From NCBI RefSeq assembly GCF_025526975.1, contig NW_026515690.1:124001-188000 (forward strand): 64,000 nucleotides of DNA. Reading direction: 5' to 3'. The stretch's first letter is position 1; each line of letters begins with the position of its first letter. Position numbers and translations under genes: made by a program. The notes under the pieces are model-generated. The model was not told the DNA's origin, made no database searches, and saw nothing but the letters and a program-made list of their open reading frames with translations. Below, piece by piece: positions 11,218-24,795 of the stretch. This DNA is from Fimicolochytrium jonesii. Lineage: Eukaryota.

Positions 11218-14200
11218 TCATATTACCTGACGCGAAGCACGGATAGCCTCGCCACCCTCCGAATCGTACCCACTGCCATAATCGCTGCCCGGCTCCTCCT
11301 CCTCTTCATCACCATCATCGTCGCTCCGCTGCTGCTCTTCGGTAGTGAACTCCGCCTCGTCCTCGTTTTCCTCCACCTCCGATTCAGATGCCTGTTCCTC
11401 TTCGTCCGTCGCATCACCGCTCACTACGCTGTCGCTAGGATCATCAACTTCCGGGTCAGAGAGTGAGCTGGACTCAGACGAATCGTTGGCGGCCTCCTCA
11501 TTGTCTTCATCCTCGTCAGTCAATTCAGGGGTAAACAGCGCGCCAACCTTCTCCTTCGACGAGCCATTCTTCGTCCCGCCCTTCTTATTCAACGCAGACA
11601 ACCTCGCACCTCCCTGTCCCTCATCACGCGTCAAATCATCCTCACCGGCCTCCTCCTCCTCCTCATCCTGATCCGAGCCACCCCGCCTACGATCCGGCGC
11701 AGCTTGTCCATCGCTAGCAGGAGATGGATGCATCCCACCTTTCTTCGACAACCGCCCGGAGCGGGTAACGATGGGCCCACCTGACGATCCCTCCGCGCCG
11801 CGAGCCTTCTTCGTCTTGACAGAATCCTGCTCCTCACCCTCCACCTCTCTCAACAGCGCATCGAAATCCGCCTCGGAGATCTGTTGGGTAATATGGGGAG
11901 TTTCGCGCACACAGCGACCGGATCGCGTGCGATGGGTACTGGACGGATCACGGTTCTCGTGCTCGTGGTCGTCCCCGTCGTCATCTGCGTTGCGGCGACG
12001 GGAGTGCTGGGCGTCTGTGTCCGAGTCGGAGACGGGGTGGGCGCGGGTGGAGAGTTGCAGTGCGCGGAGTTCGCGGCTGATATGCTTTCCCTTGCGTATT
12101 TTTTCGTCAGATTGAGACTTTCCATTCTCTTGCTTCGGGTCGGACTCGGGGGGTGGTACGGGTCGTAGTATGATAAGAGCGTCCTCACACCAGGCTATCA
12201 GGCTCACCACGCCTCCCAGGTTTTCGACGTGCTCTATGTCCGCGTAGCTGTCTTGATCGACGGGAATCAGTGCTTGCTCATGCTGAGCAGCCCAAGTGGC
12301 AAGCAGTGTTTTGAACGCCGCCAGCTCGTCTTGTTCGCGAGTCGGCTTGATTGCGTCGATTGAAGCCGCAGAATCTTTGATCTTCAAAGCTGTTCCCACT
12401 TCCTTGACCTTCTCGCGCAGTTGGCTCAGCGACTCCGACGTCATCTCATCATTTGCCGCCAGCTCCATGAGGGCCTCCCCTCGTTTCTGCATCCAATTCT
12501 CAAATCCGGCAAAGACTACCTGGATAGCTTGGTGCGACGACCCTGGGAGTTTACATCCAATCTCCGCCAAAGAAGCAGTCAACGCATGCCTCAACTCTCG
12601 CTCCCGTGCACCGCGATCGTTGCACGCACGGAACAACTTGGAAATCGAGGCCAAACTATCCAGGTACCAAAAGCGGCTGGAAGACTCGACACGCATGGCC
12701 CGTTTGGCTTCGTTGTTCGGCGGGGTATAATAGTCGTCGGCCTGTTCTCCGTTGGCTGGTGCTTTGCCTTTGCCCTTGCGATCTACTTTGGAAGGCGCTG
12801 GGGGTGGGAGACGTGCGTCGGAATATGTGTACTTGAGCGCCTCGACGATGATGCCGTAGACGGCCGGGTTGCCTCCTGGCTCGTTTGCGGCGGCGACTAC
12901 CTGTAATGCTCTCGTGGCCAAAATCTTTTCGGGCGTGGGTATCTCTGTCTCCCCATCCTGAGGTGGGGAAGCAGATGGCGGTGGGACCGATCTAATCGGG
13001 AGCAACCAGTAGTGCCGGCCAAACCGGTCTTCTCCCAACTTGCAGTTTCTTGCCCGCACAAGCTCCTCCAATGCATGGTACCGCGCATCCCAGGTTTTCT
13101 CCTCCTGTTCATGAGCAGCATACTTCTTCTCCAGCTTAGTAATCTTATTCCCAATGGTCGTGGCCTCGCGAACCAAGAAGATCTGCCTTCCCCTCAACGA
13201 CTTGATTTCTCTCTGCTTGTATGCGAGCCGATCTCGCGAAACCAAGCGCTTCAATGCCCGTGTCTTCCCCGCTCCCTCCAGCTCGTCGGTTACGCTGTCG
13301 TCTTCCGAGGCGTTATCCGAGGCCTCTGGCTTTTTCAACTCCTCCAACTCCTTCTCAATCTTATCGATTTCCGCTTGAGTAGCCTGGGCAGTGGCCTCTA
13401 GCTTCTCGTGCTCCTCTTTCATTTGTTTCTTCTCACATGCAATCGACCATTTTGAGGTTCGCATTTCTTGCAGCCGATCCTGGCTCTCCCGAATTTTGTT
13501 CCTGAATTCTTCGCTACTCAGGACTCTGCCCACAAGGTAGTGAAGGCATGCGGCGTGAGCAGGGGGTGGCAGATGCGAGAGCGGCGTTGACAAAAAGGCG
13601 CCGCCTAGTCTTTGCTGAGATGGTTCGGATGCCAATAAGCGTCCTATGCGGTAACCGATCGTGAGATCCCAAGCCGAAGTGCTCCACAAAACGGCGCTGT
13701 AAAGGCTGGTATAGATAATAGTCAGTTCTTTAATATACTGTGAACCTTCACCGATGTAGCGTTCAAATGCGTCTGCACGTGTGGTAGTGTTAGCAACGGA
13801 GCCTATTCTGTGAATACGTTTGCGCTCAGTGAACTCACCCAGCTCATATTCCAATCCGGTATCGGGGGTGAGCTCGAGATATTCGACCGCAAACGTCTTC
13901 ATAAACTTGACAACGACAGCGAACGACATGCTCTCAGCGATATTCAACCGTCTCCACTCGAGGATGTCGCCTGAAGACTCGGGGCATTCCTTCATCTTCG
14001 GCAGGTCGTGACTAAACGGCAGCATTTCTGGCGCAAGATCCTCCATGGTCTTTTTCGGTTTCTTGCCGAGGATCATCGGCTTCGTCGGAATATGCACCTC
14101 GATTGACTTTGAAGCAGACGAGGATGAGCCTGCCACCGCAGACGAGGGGTCAACTGGCTTTACCGCGAAGGCTAGGTGTCCCTGTTTGAATCCCTTTCCT

Positions 14201-14974
14201 TCCATTTTCCCAGTCTAAGAATGGTGTGTCAGACATATGCACAAGTAGCGTTCAGACGGCATCGCTAAGACGAAACATACGCGTTCAGGTGCTACCGAAG
14301 AAGAGGCAGACGCTTTCGCGCTCTTGCCCGCGGATGCTCTCTTCTTCGACTTTCCCTTGTGTTCTTTCTTGCCAGTCTCAGGCTCATTCACGTCCATAGG
14401 CTCCACATTATCCTAGTAGTCACGCCGTTGAGAGAATATCGTCGATCGATCCGAAATCTCACAACAGGGCGCTCACCGTGGCAGACTCAGTTTTCTGATC
14501 CCCGAAGCTCAATCTCATTTGTTTCTTGTATCTCTTGTCCTCGACGCGAACATCCAAGCTTTTCCGCTTCTGAGCAGTCTGTCCCAGTGGTACTCGCTTT
14601 GCTTTTTTGGCAGAGCTCTCTTTCGAGGTCGCTGTGCCCTTGGATAAGCCGTTCGCGGTGGTCTGCACTTTGACCGGAGGTTCGACGGAGATAGCAGGCT
14701 TTTTGGACAATAAGGAGCTTTCTGATGGCAGACCTGGATGATTCCTTTTCTTGGATGTAGATGAAGCGGCTTTGGAGGATGGCACCTCGATGACCACCGT
14801 GGGCTGTGACCTTGCCTGCACAGGGCGACCTGGCGAACTAGCTCGTTTGCTTGCCTTTCCTGGTTGACCATTCCTCGGCGTTGCCTCCCCGTCTTCCCCG
14901 CCGCTCTTCTGCCGCTCTTCTGGCTTGACGCCGAGCCATGCTGTTAGGCTAGGGCCTTTCGTTGAACCAGCCAT
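11218..14974 (-). CDS. WHIM1/WSD-domain ISWI chromatin-remodelling accessory subunit (Ioc3/Itc1/BAZ-like), multi-exon
   Basis: WHIM1-like LSHLPP...LHYLVGRVLSSEEFRNKI, coiled coil, WSD motifs LGEDRFGRHYW and LFRACNDRGARERELRHAL, acidic tail. Upstream Lys/Ser-rich ORFs (14215-14406, 14459-14974) are probable 5' exons. Confidence 0.65.
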
Positions 14975-15768
14975 ATCAAGCGATGATGCGTCCTAAATTG
15001 CGGTCAGAAAGGTCAGAGGACGAAGTGACGACATTCAAAGACGTCACTTGAGTGAGATATTCACCTTGCGAAGGGAGGTAGTTTTTGCAGGAGGAAGAAG
15101 TTAGAGAAGGCTAGTGTCTATGCCTGTATGTGGACGCCGTATGTATGTTGGGAGTAGATGGACGTTTTGTTTTTGGAGGGGACGTTGGCAGCAATAAGCG
15201 CCAGAACTTCGAGGGCGTATTGACAGTGGTTCTCACGCTTTGAGGGCGAATGGGCGATGTCCGAAAGCTCGCGGCCTCGTTACCAGAAACCGCACTCCTG
15301 GGAACCGCACTCCTGGGAACCGGATCTCGGCATTCGCATGTTCCAGGTCTTTCCCTTTCTCGCCCGCCGTGCTATGATAGCATCATGCCTTTTGACTTTG
15401 GAGGCCCGCTCGCTGCTTGCCTTCCACTTTCACACCCACCAACAAAACAGGGAAATACGACAAAGTGTGGACAGCATATATATAAAGCACCACTCCCAGC
15501 TCATCTTAGGGACCCTGGACCGAACCTCCTCCTGGCAGCTCAATATCAAGCTGGAACGCAACTACTTCTGACCTCCAGTCGCATCCACCGACAGAAAGTC
15601 CTCCCGAGTCAAACGAACGGCGGAAGTTGAACGGTGCAACACTTTCCGATAGCGCGAAAACAAATTACTCTCGAGCACAGCGTAGACGCCTCCTTCTTTT
15701 TGTATCACCTATTTTCGATAGTCGGTCCGACCTTGTTTGCCTAGCTGGCGCATATACCTCCAAACAGC

Positions 15769-16902
15769 ATGAGAGTGGCTGGTGGCTCTACACGCCGGAC
15801 ACCTCGTCTCTGGGACGACGCCTCCTCCGACGACGAGCATTACTCCTACCGGGAACAAAGGAACCCCTACCTCGAGAACCCCTGGGTGCCCGAAGCGGCC
15901 GCTACCAGCAACGGCAGTGCACCGGCGACAGTAGAAGGGGGGAAGAAGTCCCTACCAACACTCCCGCCACGACTATCCTCATTGCCGACGCCGCCGCCGG
16001 GGAGTCCGGATAGGGCGGAAGTGTCGGCAAGCGCAAAGCTAAGGGGTAGATGGGCGGAGGATGCGTTTGTGGAGGATGATGGTGAGGGAGATATTGGGGT
16101 GACGGAATTTAGACCACAGCGGGATGGGGATCGGGAGGACGTTGATGCGAGTGATTTGCTAGACGCGGGACGGACGAAACAATGGACAGCAGCGAATATG
16201 ACTGCTGAACCCGAGTCTAGCGAGAGGGCGAGCCCTATTCTACCCGTCGGTTTCCAGGCGTCGTTTACAAAAACATCCACGAACTCCGGTAGCGCTGTTG
16301 CACCAGCAGATCCATGGGATTCTCTCCTCACTGCATCATCAACGGCCTCGTCCCGATCGTCACAACAGAAGCAACAACCCACAGAATCCTTCCATCTGGG
16401 CAACACGGACGCATTAGAAGCATTCCTCCTAGGAACCCCACCACCACAGACCGCGGAGATCCCTCGGATAAAGGAAGTCGCACGATCTCCGCTAGTGGAT
16501 CTCCAGCCTGATGTGGCCGTGAATATGGTGGAGGACGTAGTCCCACAAGCTGCTGAACCTGCCGAGACGCGGCATGACTTTCCTGACATTGATCCGGAAA
16601 AGGCTGCTTTGATGAAGTATGCGTCAGTGCTAGAAGTTTATCTTTTATGCCGAAGGAAGTGATTATCTCACACAAACAAAATCTCAACTTGCAGACAAAT
16701 AATAGAACTCCAACGCACTCTCCGCCCCAAAATCGCGCGCGTCACCCAAGCCCGCATCGACCACGCTAAGCAAACCAACGAAACGCAGCTGCTGCATCAA
16801 TATATGACGAATCTCATGGCCGCGTCAAGGAAGATGGAGAAGGAGAAGGATATGACGAAAGTGGATAAGCCTGCTAGGAAGAGTAGATGGTTTTCTCGCT
16901 GA
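15769..16902 (+). CDS. Protein with C-terminal short coiled-coil SCOC/Slo1-like (DUF2205) domain, 2 exons
   Basis: Intron 16617-16694 gives EKAALMK-QIIELQRTL...ETQLLHQYMTNLM, matching the SCOC pattern EKxxLIxQVLELQNTL...ENQVLGQYIENLM. TGA at 16900-16902. Confidence 0.7.
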
Positions 16903-17472
16903 TGAAGGGAGGAGTTGGGGACCGGGGGATTGTATAGAGTGTATCGATGTAGCATAATTTTTGGCTGAGGCGGTGTCAGTTGAAAGAGAAAATGGATCAC
17001 CTCATCTTTTTGCTGTTAGCTTCTCCAAGTTGCATCGTTGAGTCTGACAAGCGCACATGCCTCATTGCTGGACATGATGGCTTCGGAGGTGACCTCCTCT
17101 TCGCCAGAGCCTTTGAACGCTCAGTCACATCTTCTCTCCACGCTATATTGACGTACAATCAAGCTGAGCTCCTCCAAAATCGATAGCAGTAACGCAGCAA
17201 AAAAGAAAATTTTCGGATGAAAAGGTTTCCCCTCCAAATGTGTATTTGAAAGAGAACAGCCCATCGATCCCAATCCTCCGCAACAATCGTCCCAACTACA
17301 GAAAAGAAACGACAACCCTTCCTCCAGATTCACATTGACTGAGTTCCTGGTTTTCCCTCCAACTCGCTATCTCGGCAAATCTAAACTGTTTCGTCTGTGC
17401 ATGTCGATCGAATGGAGTACGGTGGCGATCCTCGTTTGCAGCTGGGTGTAATTGTTGCCTCCTGCAAGGAAT

Positions 17473-18214
17473 TTAACGGTACTGGTGGAGGAAAGATGGC
17501 TGTGAGTTGTACGCGCGATATTTCTGGGAAACACGGTTTCCCTTTCCCGTCGTACGCCCTCAATTTCTTCCTAATCTTGAAAACGCAGGTCTCTCTTCCA
17601 CGCATCCTATCCAGCATTCGCAACAGCTCATGCAACCCACGCGGGCTGCTCCCTTCCTTCCATGTTCCGCCGGCCCTAACCGGCCCGCTCTCCTCGACGG
17701 CTTTTGCCACCCTGTCCGCTGTCCGGTGCCCTCTCTCGCTCTCTCTCCTTCCTAGCTACTGAAATCCCGGTCAAACGTTTCTCACCTTGATGAAACCGAT
17801 GTCCTTGGAGTATTCGCGGAAGCACTGACGGCAGATGTTCAAGTTGTACTTGCGGATCAAACCAGCCTGGTGAGCGCAGACGCGGCTGTTTCGGGATAGG
17901 AGGTGGAAATGGGGATGTCAACGTGCTGGCCTGGGTACACAATTGAGGTTCCTTTCCTCCGCTCAACTTCCAGTTTTCCCAAAGTAAGAATCCCGTTTAA
18001 AATCTCTCCTTTCCTCTTCTACTCCGGAGTTTCGTCCCCGCCCTCTACGCCAGAGGATCGTTCCCGCCTCCAAATGTGCGGTCCTTCTACCACCTCGACC
18101 GTCTACTGTTCCCCTTCGACAATTTCGTCAACAAAATCCCATAGAAACATACCACTGGCGAGAGCCCTTCCCGTACTTGCGGGGGTGGGAGAACCAAACA
18201 GCGGAGTGAGCCAT
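17473..18214 (-). CDS. RPS29: 40S ribosomal protein S29 (uS14), 3 exons
   Basis: Spliced product [56 protein letters not shown]. Last micro-exon CAG|TACCGTTAA at 17473-17481. Confidence 0.96.
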
Positions 18215-18473
18215 TTCGACGGTGTTTGCTGGTTGCTGCTGAGCGTTGACGAGGCTGCTTGCAGGGGCGAAAGAGGGAGAAACAGCAAGCCATGCTCCAC
18301 AGCGATATTGATATGCATGGAGTGCAATGTGGCTTAGCATCTTGGCGTTTAATAGAGTACTCACGTGCTTCGCAGGGCTATTGTATTCTCCTGACTATTG
18401 AGACCATTACACGCGGCGAGGACTGCAGGTTTAGACCTTTAAGACTATCCCTGCCACAGACGTTCGGTGCAAG
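18215..18473. promoter_or_regulatory. Probable bidirectional promoter between RPS29 and NDUFA9
   Basis: Divergent start codons about 260 bp apart. No specific sites identified. Confidence 0.45.
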
Positions 18474-20092
18474 ATGCTCTCCAGGTCCTGTCAACCTCTG
18501 GCAAAGGCCGCCTTGGCAGCAGGCGCCGTCCCATCGGTATGTCCGCTGTTCAGGTTCCGGTCAATTCTGTTAATATTCCTCAGACTTTTTCGCTCCTCCA
18601 GCGGCAATACCACGAAATCGTGAAGCGCACCAACACCAACCAAGTATTCACACAGAGGGGTCCCGGAGGACGCTCGTCAGTTTCGGGACATGTCGCTACC
18701 GTTATGGGATGTACCGGCTTTCTCGGCCGTTATGTTGTCAACAACTTAGGTGGGCGCCTTTGGAGGGGTGGGAACGCGATGTTCGTTGGTGGATTGTGGG
18801 CTCAACATGAGATTCGAATGCAGGGAAGCGTGGAACACAGGTTATCACTCCATACCGAGGAACAGACGACGACAGGAGGCACTTGAGGCTTATGGGTGAT
18901 CTGGGTCAGATTGTCCCTCTGGTATGGTTCTGGACAGGTTATGGTTCGCGGGGGGACTCCTCACTGACAGAACTCCACCGTTTAAAAGCGATTCGACATT
19001 CGTAACGAGGAGCAGATTCGGGAATCTGTCCGTCACGCTGATACCGTCTACAATCTGATCGGGAAGGACTGGGCTACCAAGTACGTTGGAGAGAGAAAGC
19101 AGAAGCTGGACCTCATTTGGCGGGTGATTGACGACAGGGTTCGCATTCACCAGGAACTTCACTTTCGAGCAAGTGCACATCGACGGCGCTGCCCGCCTTG
19201 CCAGGATTGCGAAAGAGGAAGGCGTCTCTAGGTTCATTCATGTCTCTGCTTTGAACGCCGATGTCAACTCGAATTCGCATTTCCTGCGGACAAAGGCGTT
19301 GGGAGAGCAGGCTGTCAAAGCTGAGTTCCCCGACGCCGTTATTGTCCGTCCAGGCATACTATACGGTCACGAGGATCGGTTTTACAACCGCTTGGGATGT
19401 GAGTGGTCTGAATCGATATGGACGATTGGGACTGGGCTCTGACTGATCAGCGCGACTTGGGCATCAGGGTATGTGAAGTGGCTACCTGTCGGCATCCCCA
19501 TGGTCAACGGCGGCAAGACTCGTGTGAGGCCTGTGTACGTTGGTGATGTTGCCCACGTTCTCGCCAAGCTCCAGTACGATGATCGTGCTGTGGGCAAGAT
19601 TGTGGAACTTTACGGGTACGTTTCGAATTTCGATCTCCTTACTCCACCTGCCATTCTTACCCTCGCCGCTGCACAGCCCGAAGGAATACCATTATGCGGC
19701 ATTGGTTGAGTTCTTTCTCGACATTACACGCCGTGAGAAGTCTGCTATTCCCGTACCAAAAGTCATTGCCAAGGCCATCGCAGCCGCTTCCAACGCCGTC
19801 ATGGCTTTCCCGGTTATCTCCCCGGATGAAGTCGAGAGGGTGAGCTTTTCCATGGACATCCCATTGATCATACCGTTTGGATTGCATGCTCACTGTGCTC
19901 TCTCCCGTCCAGCTCTTCGTTGACGACACACCCACCCCCGGCGCCCTGACCTTTGACGACTTCAACGTCAAGCCATTCACAGTCGAAGACCAGATCATCC
20001 GTTTCGCTGGCCTGTACCGATCGGCGGAGTTCCAGCGTGCGCCATACGAGACCATTCTGCGCAAATATACCACAGACGATGTCAAATTGTGA
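18474..20092 (+). CDS. NDUFA9: NADH dehydrogenase (complex I) 39-kDa subunit NDUFA9, multi-exon
   Basis: [79 protein letters not shown]. Confidence 0.95.
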
Positions 20093-20281
20093 ATACATTG
20101 TCTCTCCTCCACGTTTCGAACACCCTCGTCTCCTTTTTTGATAGTCTGAATATATACAAATGACCAGCGGAAACTTTGCCTCATATGCGCAGGTGCCGTA
20201 ACTTGGTATATTTACATGGTTCGGTATCAGGTTGGTGTGCATGCGGAAGCACTAAGGTACCAATGCGTGCTGCTATCCCTG

Positions 20282-20990
20282 TCATGCAACACCCTCCTCC
20301 AAATCATTCAATCTCTGCAGCTCAATGCTATCCGCCGTATTCCCACTCGGCCCCGGCCCGCCAGGGTACGTGCTCCCCGCTCGCTTCAACGTCCCCGCGA
20401 TCGCAATGGGCTCCATCTCCTTCTGCATGCACAGGTGCTCGCCGCCCATCGCCATGATGAGCAGCGTGCAAATGACGGTGAGCCACCATAGAAATGACCG
20501 TGGCAGGGAGCCTGTGTAGAGTGATGTGATGACGAGGTGCAGGAAATGCAGCGTTGTCGAGAAGTCCAGACATAGTTTGGCGCGTTGGACTAGGAAGAGT
20601 TGGCTGTAACATCTGCGGGAACCCACATATCCAACGTCAGCCGGATGTGCCCCTCTCCCTACAGCAGATACAGCAGATCGACCTAAACTCACCCTATCCC
20701 CGCATTTATCACAAACGCCAAAAACAAACTCCAGCCCACCACCGTGTCCGTCCGCAGCTCCGTCCACGATATTATCTGGGCCAGCGACACTGGCGACCCC
20801 GTCAACAGGTCAATGAAGAATATGACTAGTGATGCCGATAGGTAATATGAGGTCTGTAGTGCCACTGCCGTCAGGAAGGGTGAGCAATTTGAAGAGAAGA
20901 GGTGGAGTGGAGGCGGGATAATCGGCTCTCACCTATTTGCGCTGCTATGAGGATGGGGTCGAAGGTATTTGTGCGAAAACCGGATGACAT
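20282..20990 (-). CDS. SYS1: SYS1 Golgi trafficking membrane protein, 3 exons
   Basis: MSSGFRTNTFDPILIAAQI...LQTSYY, VQRAKLCLDF, TLHFLHL, LPRSFLWW, GEHLCMQKEMEPI. Confidence 0.92.
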
Positions 20991-21159
20991 GCTGGGTCGG
21001 GTCGTTTTCGCGATTTGGTGCGAGTGGCAATGGTGCGGAGCTCTCGGGAAGACCGGCCGCCAAAGGGAAAGATGCCGGTAGGCTTGTGTCGTGGAAGATG
21101 CGGTGTGGGTTGATGCTAATATTCATACGCCCGTTAGAGAGGTCTTTGCCGTTGATAGG

Positions 21160-21993
21160 CGGTTTAGCGGAAGGGCAGAGCGGGCAGGACGCTGGGCAGG
21201 ACGCGACGTGGAAATGGCGTCCACACCCCATTATGGTCAGCTTCCCCTCGAGTACATCATCCTCGCCGCCCACATCCTCCGCCGGTAGCATCAGTGTTAC
21301 CGCCGTCCGCTCGTCCATTCTATTCAACTCGCCGGCTCTCTTCGAATCCCACATAATGGTAACGGCCACAAAGACCGGTTGCCCGCTATCCTCATCCTCT
21401 TCGGCTCGCGCAATGTCGACCGCGACGGTAATGTCAAGCTCTGGCTTACGGGTAGACGCTGAGCATCTAAACCCGATTGGCGGAGAGTCTGATCACCGTT
21501 TCCGGATTCATTACCTTATGCTTTGACCAGCGCGGTTGTGGGAAGTCCCACGTTGAACAAGCACGATGCGAACGCTTTCTTCCGGGCAGGTGAGTTGTTG
21601 AACTCCGCGAGTCATCTATCCGTTCGGCATTACATCTCATATCGGCGCCTTCACCTTCCACGCTCGTCGACCCACTCCGCATCTACATCCTAGGCTACAG
21701 CAAACGCCCTCTTCTCCCGAGCCACCCCCCCACGAGCAGGCATCATGTGTCTCTCCGGTTTCGGCCAAAGCCTCCCAGAAAGCACAGCCCACCAACCCGC
21801 ACTCCTCCGCGACGAAATCCAATACGCGACGGGTCTCAAAGGTTTCATCCTCCCCTTAATCCGCCCCCAAGAGCCTTGTGGACATCAAGCAGCAGTACGC
21901 TGTCGGCGCGCATCAGCCGGTTGACGAGCGGCTTGAAGTCGCGAACCTCAACTGTGGGAACCGCCGCTTTCTTGAGCGAATGAGAGTAGGTCA
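21160..21993 (-). pseudogene. Possible decayed gene of unknown family
   Basis: ATG at 21993 followed by protein-like stretches in shifting frames (VRDFKPLVNRLMRADSVLLLDVHKAL; RRVLDFVAEECGLVG; LDITVAVDIARAEE...VTIMWDSK) interrupted by stops. Confidence 0.3.
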
Positions 21994-22699
21994 TCTAGGT
22001 ACAATTATGGCGTAAATTCAGAGTATTGCGGGAGGAGGCGTGATCGTGCTACGTAGAAAGTAAGGAGAGGAGAAGCTCTGTGCCGAGGACTTGAGTTCAT
22101 TCATATAACCCAGAGGCCTCCATCGAACAAAAACGGCATGCGCAATTCCTATTCCATGTGTCAATTGTTTTCACCGCACGAATGATCGAACATACAGTTG
22201 TATCTTGCCGGATTAGCTTTGTGAACCCACTTGTTGAGCGTAGGTTAGAGCTAGGCCGTGCAAAAGCACGCTATCGTCACATCTCTCATCCCTGAGTGGA
22301 CATCAAAGGCGGCCGTTAAAACATAGATCTCGCCGCAATAGATCTTGATGCACTGAGAGTTGTGACTCGGTATACGCTGCCGCCTAGAAGCAATTGTGGT
22401 ACTGGCACGGCGGGACGAGAACAGGGACCGAAGACGTGCCACACGCACTTGCGGTCGCCCGACCAAATTTACGACATCTATGCACAAAAGACCGTTTGAA
22501 GCACCAGGAGTACCGAGCATGAAGAATTCTGTTCTTATATACAGGATTATGGGAAGACCTCAACCGGGATGTAGGAATTCGTGGTGTGATTTGTTTCGCC
22601 ACCGCCGCAACTTCCAGACTCGTCCCGACTACAAGAGCAATCCAGATTGGTTTAGCCCGTAGTTGCTTCTTCAGCTACACGAAGGCACCCGAACGCGAC

Positions 22700-23023
22700 G
22701 GCCGTTGACTTTGAGTGTCACCATTTGAGGTGATTTTCGGTTCGCTTGCTGGTCGAGGGTGGACGCGAAGGTATTCCGCGCACTCGTACATGGTTGAGAA
22801 GTTCACAATGATGTGATGATCGGCGTACTACTTCTATTTGAACCGAGAAGCGGTGTTAATAGAGGAGACATTTGTTGCGGAGTTCTGCAGGTCTTTATCG
22901 TGTCTTACTCTGATAGGCATCGACAAAACGAACCGATTTCCGAGTTTCGCAATAATCGGATTGACGGATGTCGCGCACGTTGGGAGCATAGCGCTGCGGA
23001 GCTCTAAGTGTCCTAAGACTTGA
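22700..23023 (+). pseudogene. Possible Crinkler-type REase-domain relic
   Basis: Disrupted fragments EVIFGSLAGRG/VDAKV...LLLFE...FCRSLSCL...AIIGLTD loosely resemble CRN REase motifs (G-x-G-x-VD...E-x-K...G-x-x-TD). Confidence 0.25.
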
Positions 23024-23612
23024 GGGTTATGTTGATGAATAGTGAGGTTGTCCCGCGGATAGCTTCATTCGGGCGATATTGGGGTTGCGAGTGGTCTGTG
23101 CTGGCGGGGATATCCTGACGAGTAGCCCTCGGCAAGGGAGAGTGGAAGAGAGAAAGGTTTGAGTATTTGGACAACTAATACGCATTTTCGAATGCTCTCT
23201 CCATACAAGGGCGTGGGTATGGAGACGCACTGCATACCCCGAACCCCCTCCTGCGGAATCTGAACATCTTGGCCATCGTTCATGTCGCCTCAACAGCAGC
23301 AGAGCGAATGCCAATGCAGACTCCGCCGCGGCAAAGGCCGTTTGGACACTGGTTTGGACAGACGCCGGTGACGTCGCGACCGGAAACGCAGAACCAGATG
23401 TCTCACCTCAACAAAGGATTTTGCCCTTTTCTTTACGTGCTTTGACGGACTGACCTCCCCTAAAGACCACGACGCCAAATCTCGTCGTACGTCTTCATAC
23501 TGGTCCTCGGTGAGGAAGGGTCGGTACTCGTTCGGGAGGTTCGGGAGCCTATCGTCTATCAGGAGACACGACCTGGTAGCACTAGACTCACCAGAATCAG
23601 CGAGTTTTTCAT

Positions 23613-23613
23613 C

Positions 23614-23648
<35 letters not shown>

Positions 23649-23656
23649 GAGAGAGA
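23613..23656. repeat. (CAGA)9 + (GA)n microsatellite
   Basis: Directly visible. Confidence 0.95.
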
Positions 23657-24549
23657 TAAGCGACATCAGATATCCGACTTACAGAACGAGGGGCGCATTG
23701 CGCATCAGGTTTCCGGACGGTATAGGACGTTTCTCAGAGAGAATGGCTCGCTGGATCTTAAGGAGGACTCGGTGCGGGTCAACGCCATTGAAGAGGACAT
23801 GATCCTGTTGAGATTTTTTGCGTTGGCAGCCTTTCAGATTGCCGCAGCTTCATCGAACATTGCAGCCACCGAAATGTAAACGTACCGCAACGTCAACGTT
23901 ACTCAGCTGAGCAATACTTTTGGTCAACAATGCAGACGGCAATTTACGCCCGCTTTCGACGTCCGGGGCCGATACTTCATCATCGATTGATGAAGAAACG
24001 CTTTCCGCTCTTTCGGCTTCCCGAACAAAGGGAGCGAATTTTCGGGGTTTCAGAGGCGTCTCTTTTGGCTGCTGTAGCTTTTGCTTGGTTCGCCGCATCT
24101 CATCGCGTGCGTCCTCCATGATCTCTTCCGCGCCAACCTCAACCCATTCGAGGCCTTGCCGCTTTCGCTTCCTTTGGCCTTCACTCCGAGAACCTTTTGA
24201 GTATATTGCTCCCAATGTGACACCCACTCGAGATCGGCTTCATATCTCTAATTCGCCGCGTTGCGTTCGACCGCCGCCCCTATCTGTTCGAAGCGTTTCG
24301 ATATCGCTTTGATGCGTCTGATGCATGACTCCTCTGTCGTGAACGTCGCACTTTGGACAAATTTCACCGGAGAGAAGTTGCCTGACTTCATCTGCGACTT
24401 AACAAATCCCACTGGGATTTCGGGAACGGCTGGCGACCACGAGTCAGTAACCACGTATCGTCGCCCGATCCATCCTGAGGCGGTGGTCCACGCGTCTTAC
24501 CTTCATCCTGTGCTCTCGCGTGGACTAACTGAAGTTTGGCAGCGCTGGC

Positions 24550-24795
24550 TCTAGAAGGACGCCTAATGGAACTTGGAGACGCGTACTGTACGTACGAGCC
24601 CAACCAAAAGAAAAAGTGCAAGATGAGGGGTGGAGAAAACTCAAATTGGATGTCCGATCGGAGCAAGGGTCTCGTAAGCGTCTATTGCTGACTCAGCGAT
24701 TTCGGGTCGATGTCGGGTCGTTTAAATCCCGCTGGGATTTCGGGAACAGCTGGCGACAGTACGCGTCTCCAAGTTCCATTAGGCGTCCTTCTAGA
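24550..24795. repeat. Perfect 40-bp inverted repeat (24550-24589 / 24756-24795) interleaved with a 34-bp near-perfect direct repeat (24404-24437 / 24724-24757)
   Basis: TCTAGAAGGACGCCTAATGGAACTTGGAGACGCGTACTGT and its reverse complement; AAATCCC(A/G)CTGGGATTTCGGGAAC(G/A)GCTGGCGAC occurs twice. Confidence 0.93.

Noticed and set aside
15286..15322. 15-bp tandem duplication GAACCGCACTCCTGG
   Set aside because: Ordinary slippage duplication with no further structure.
17482..18152. snoRNAs in the long RPS29 introns
   Set aside because: No clear C/D or H/ACA box arrangement seen; would need snoscan/Infernal.
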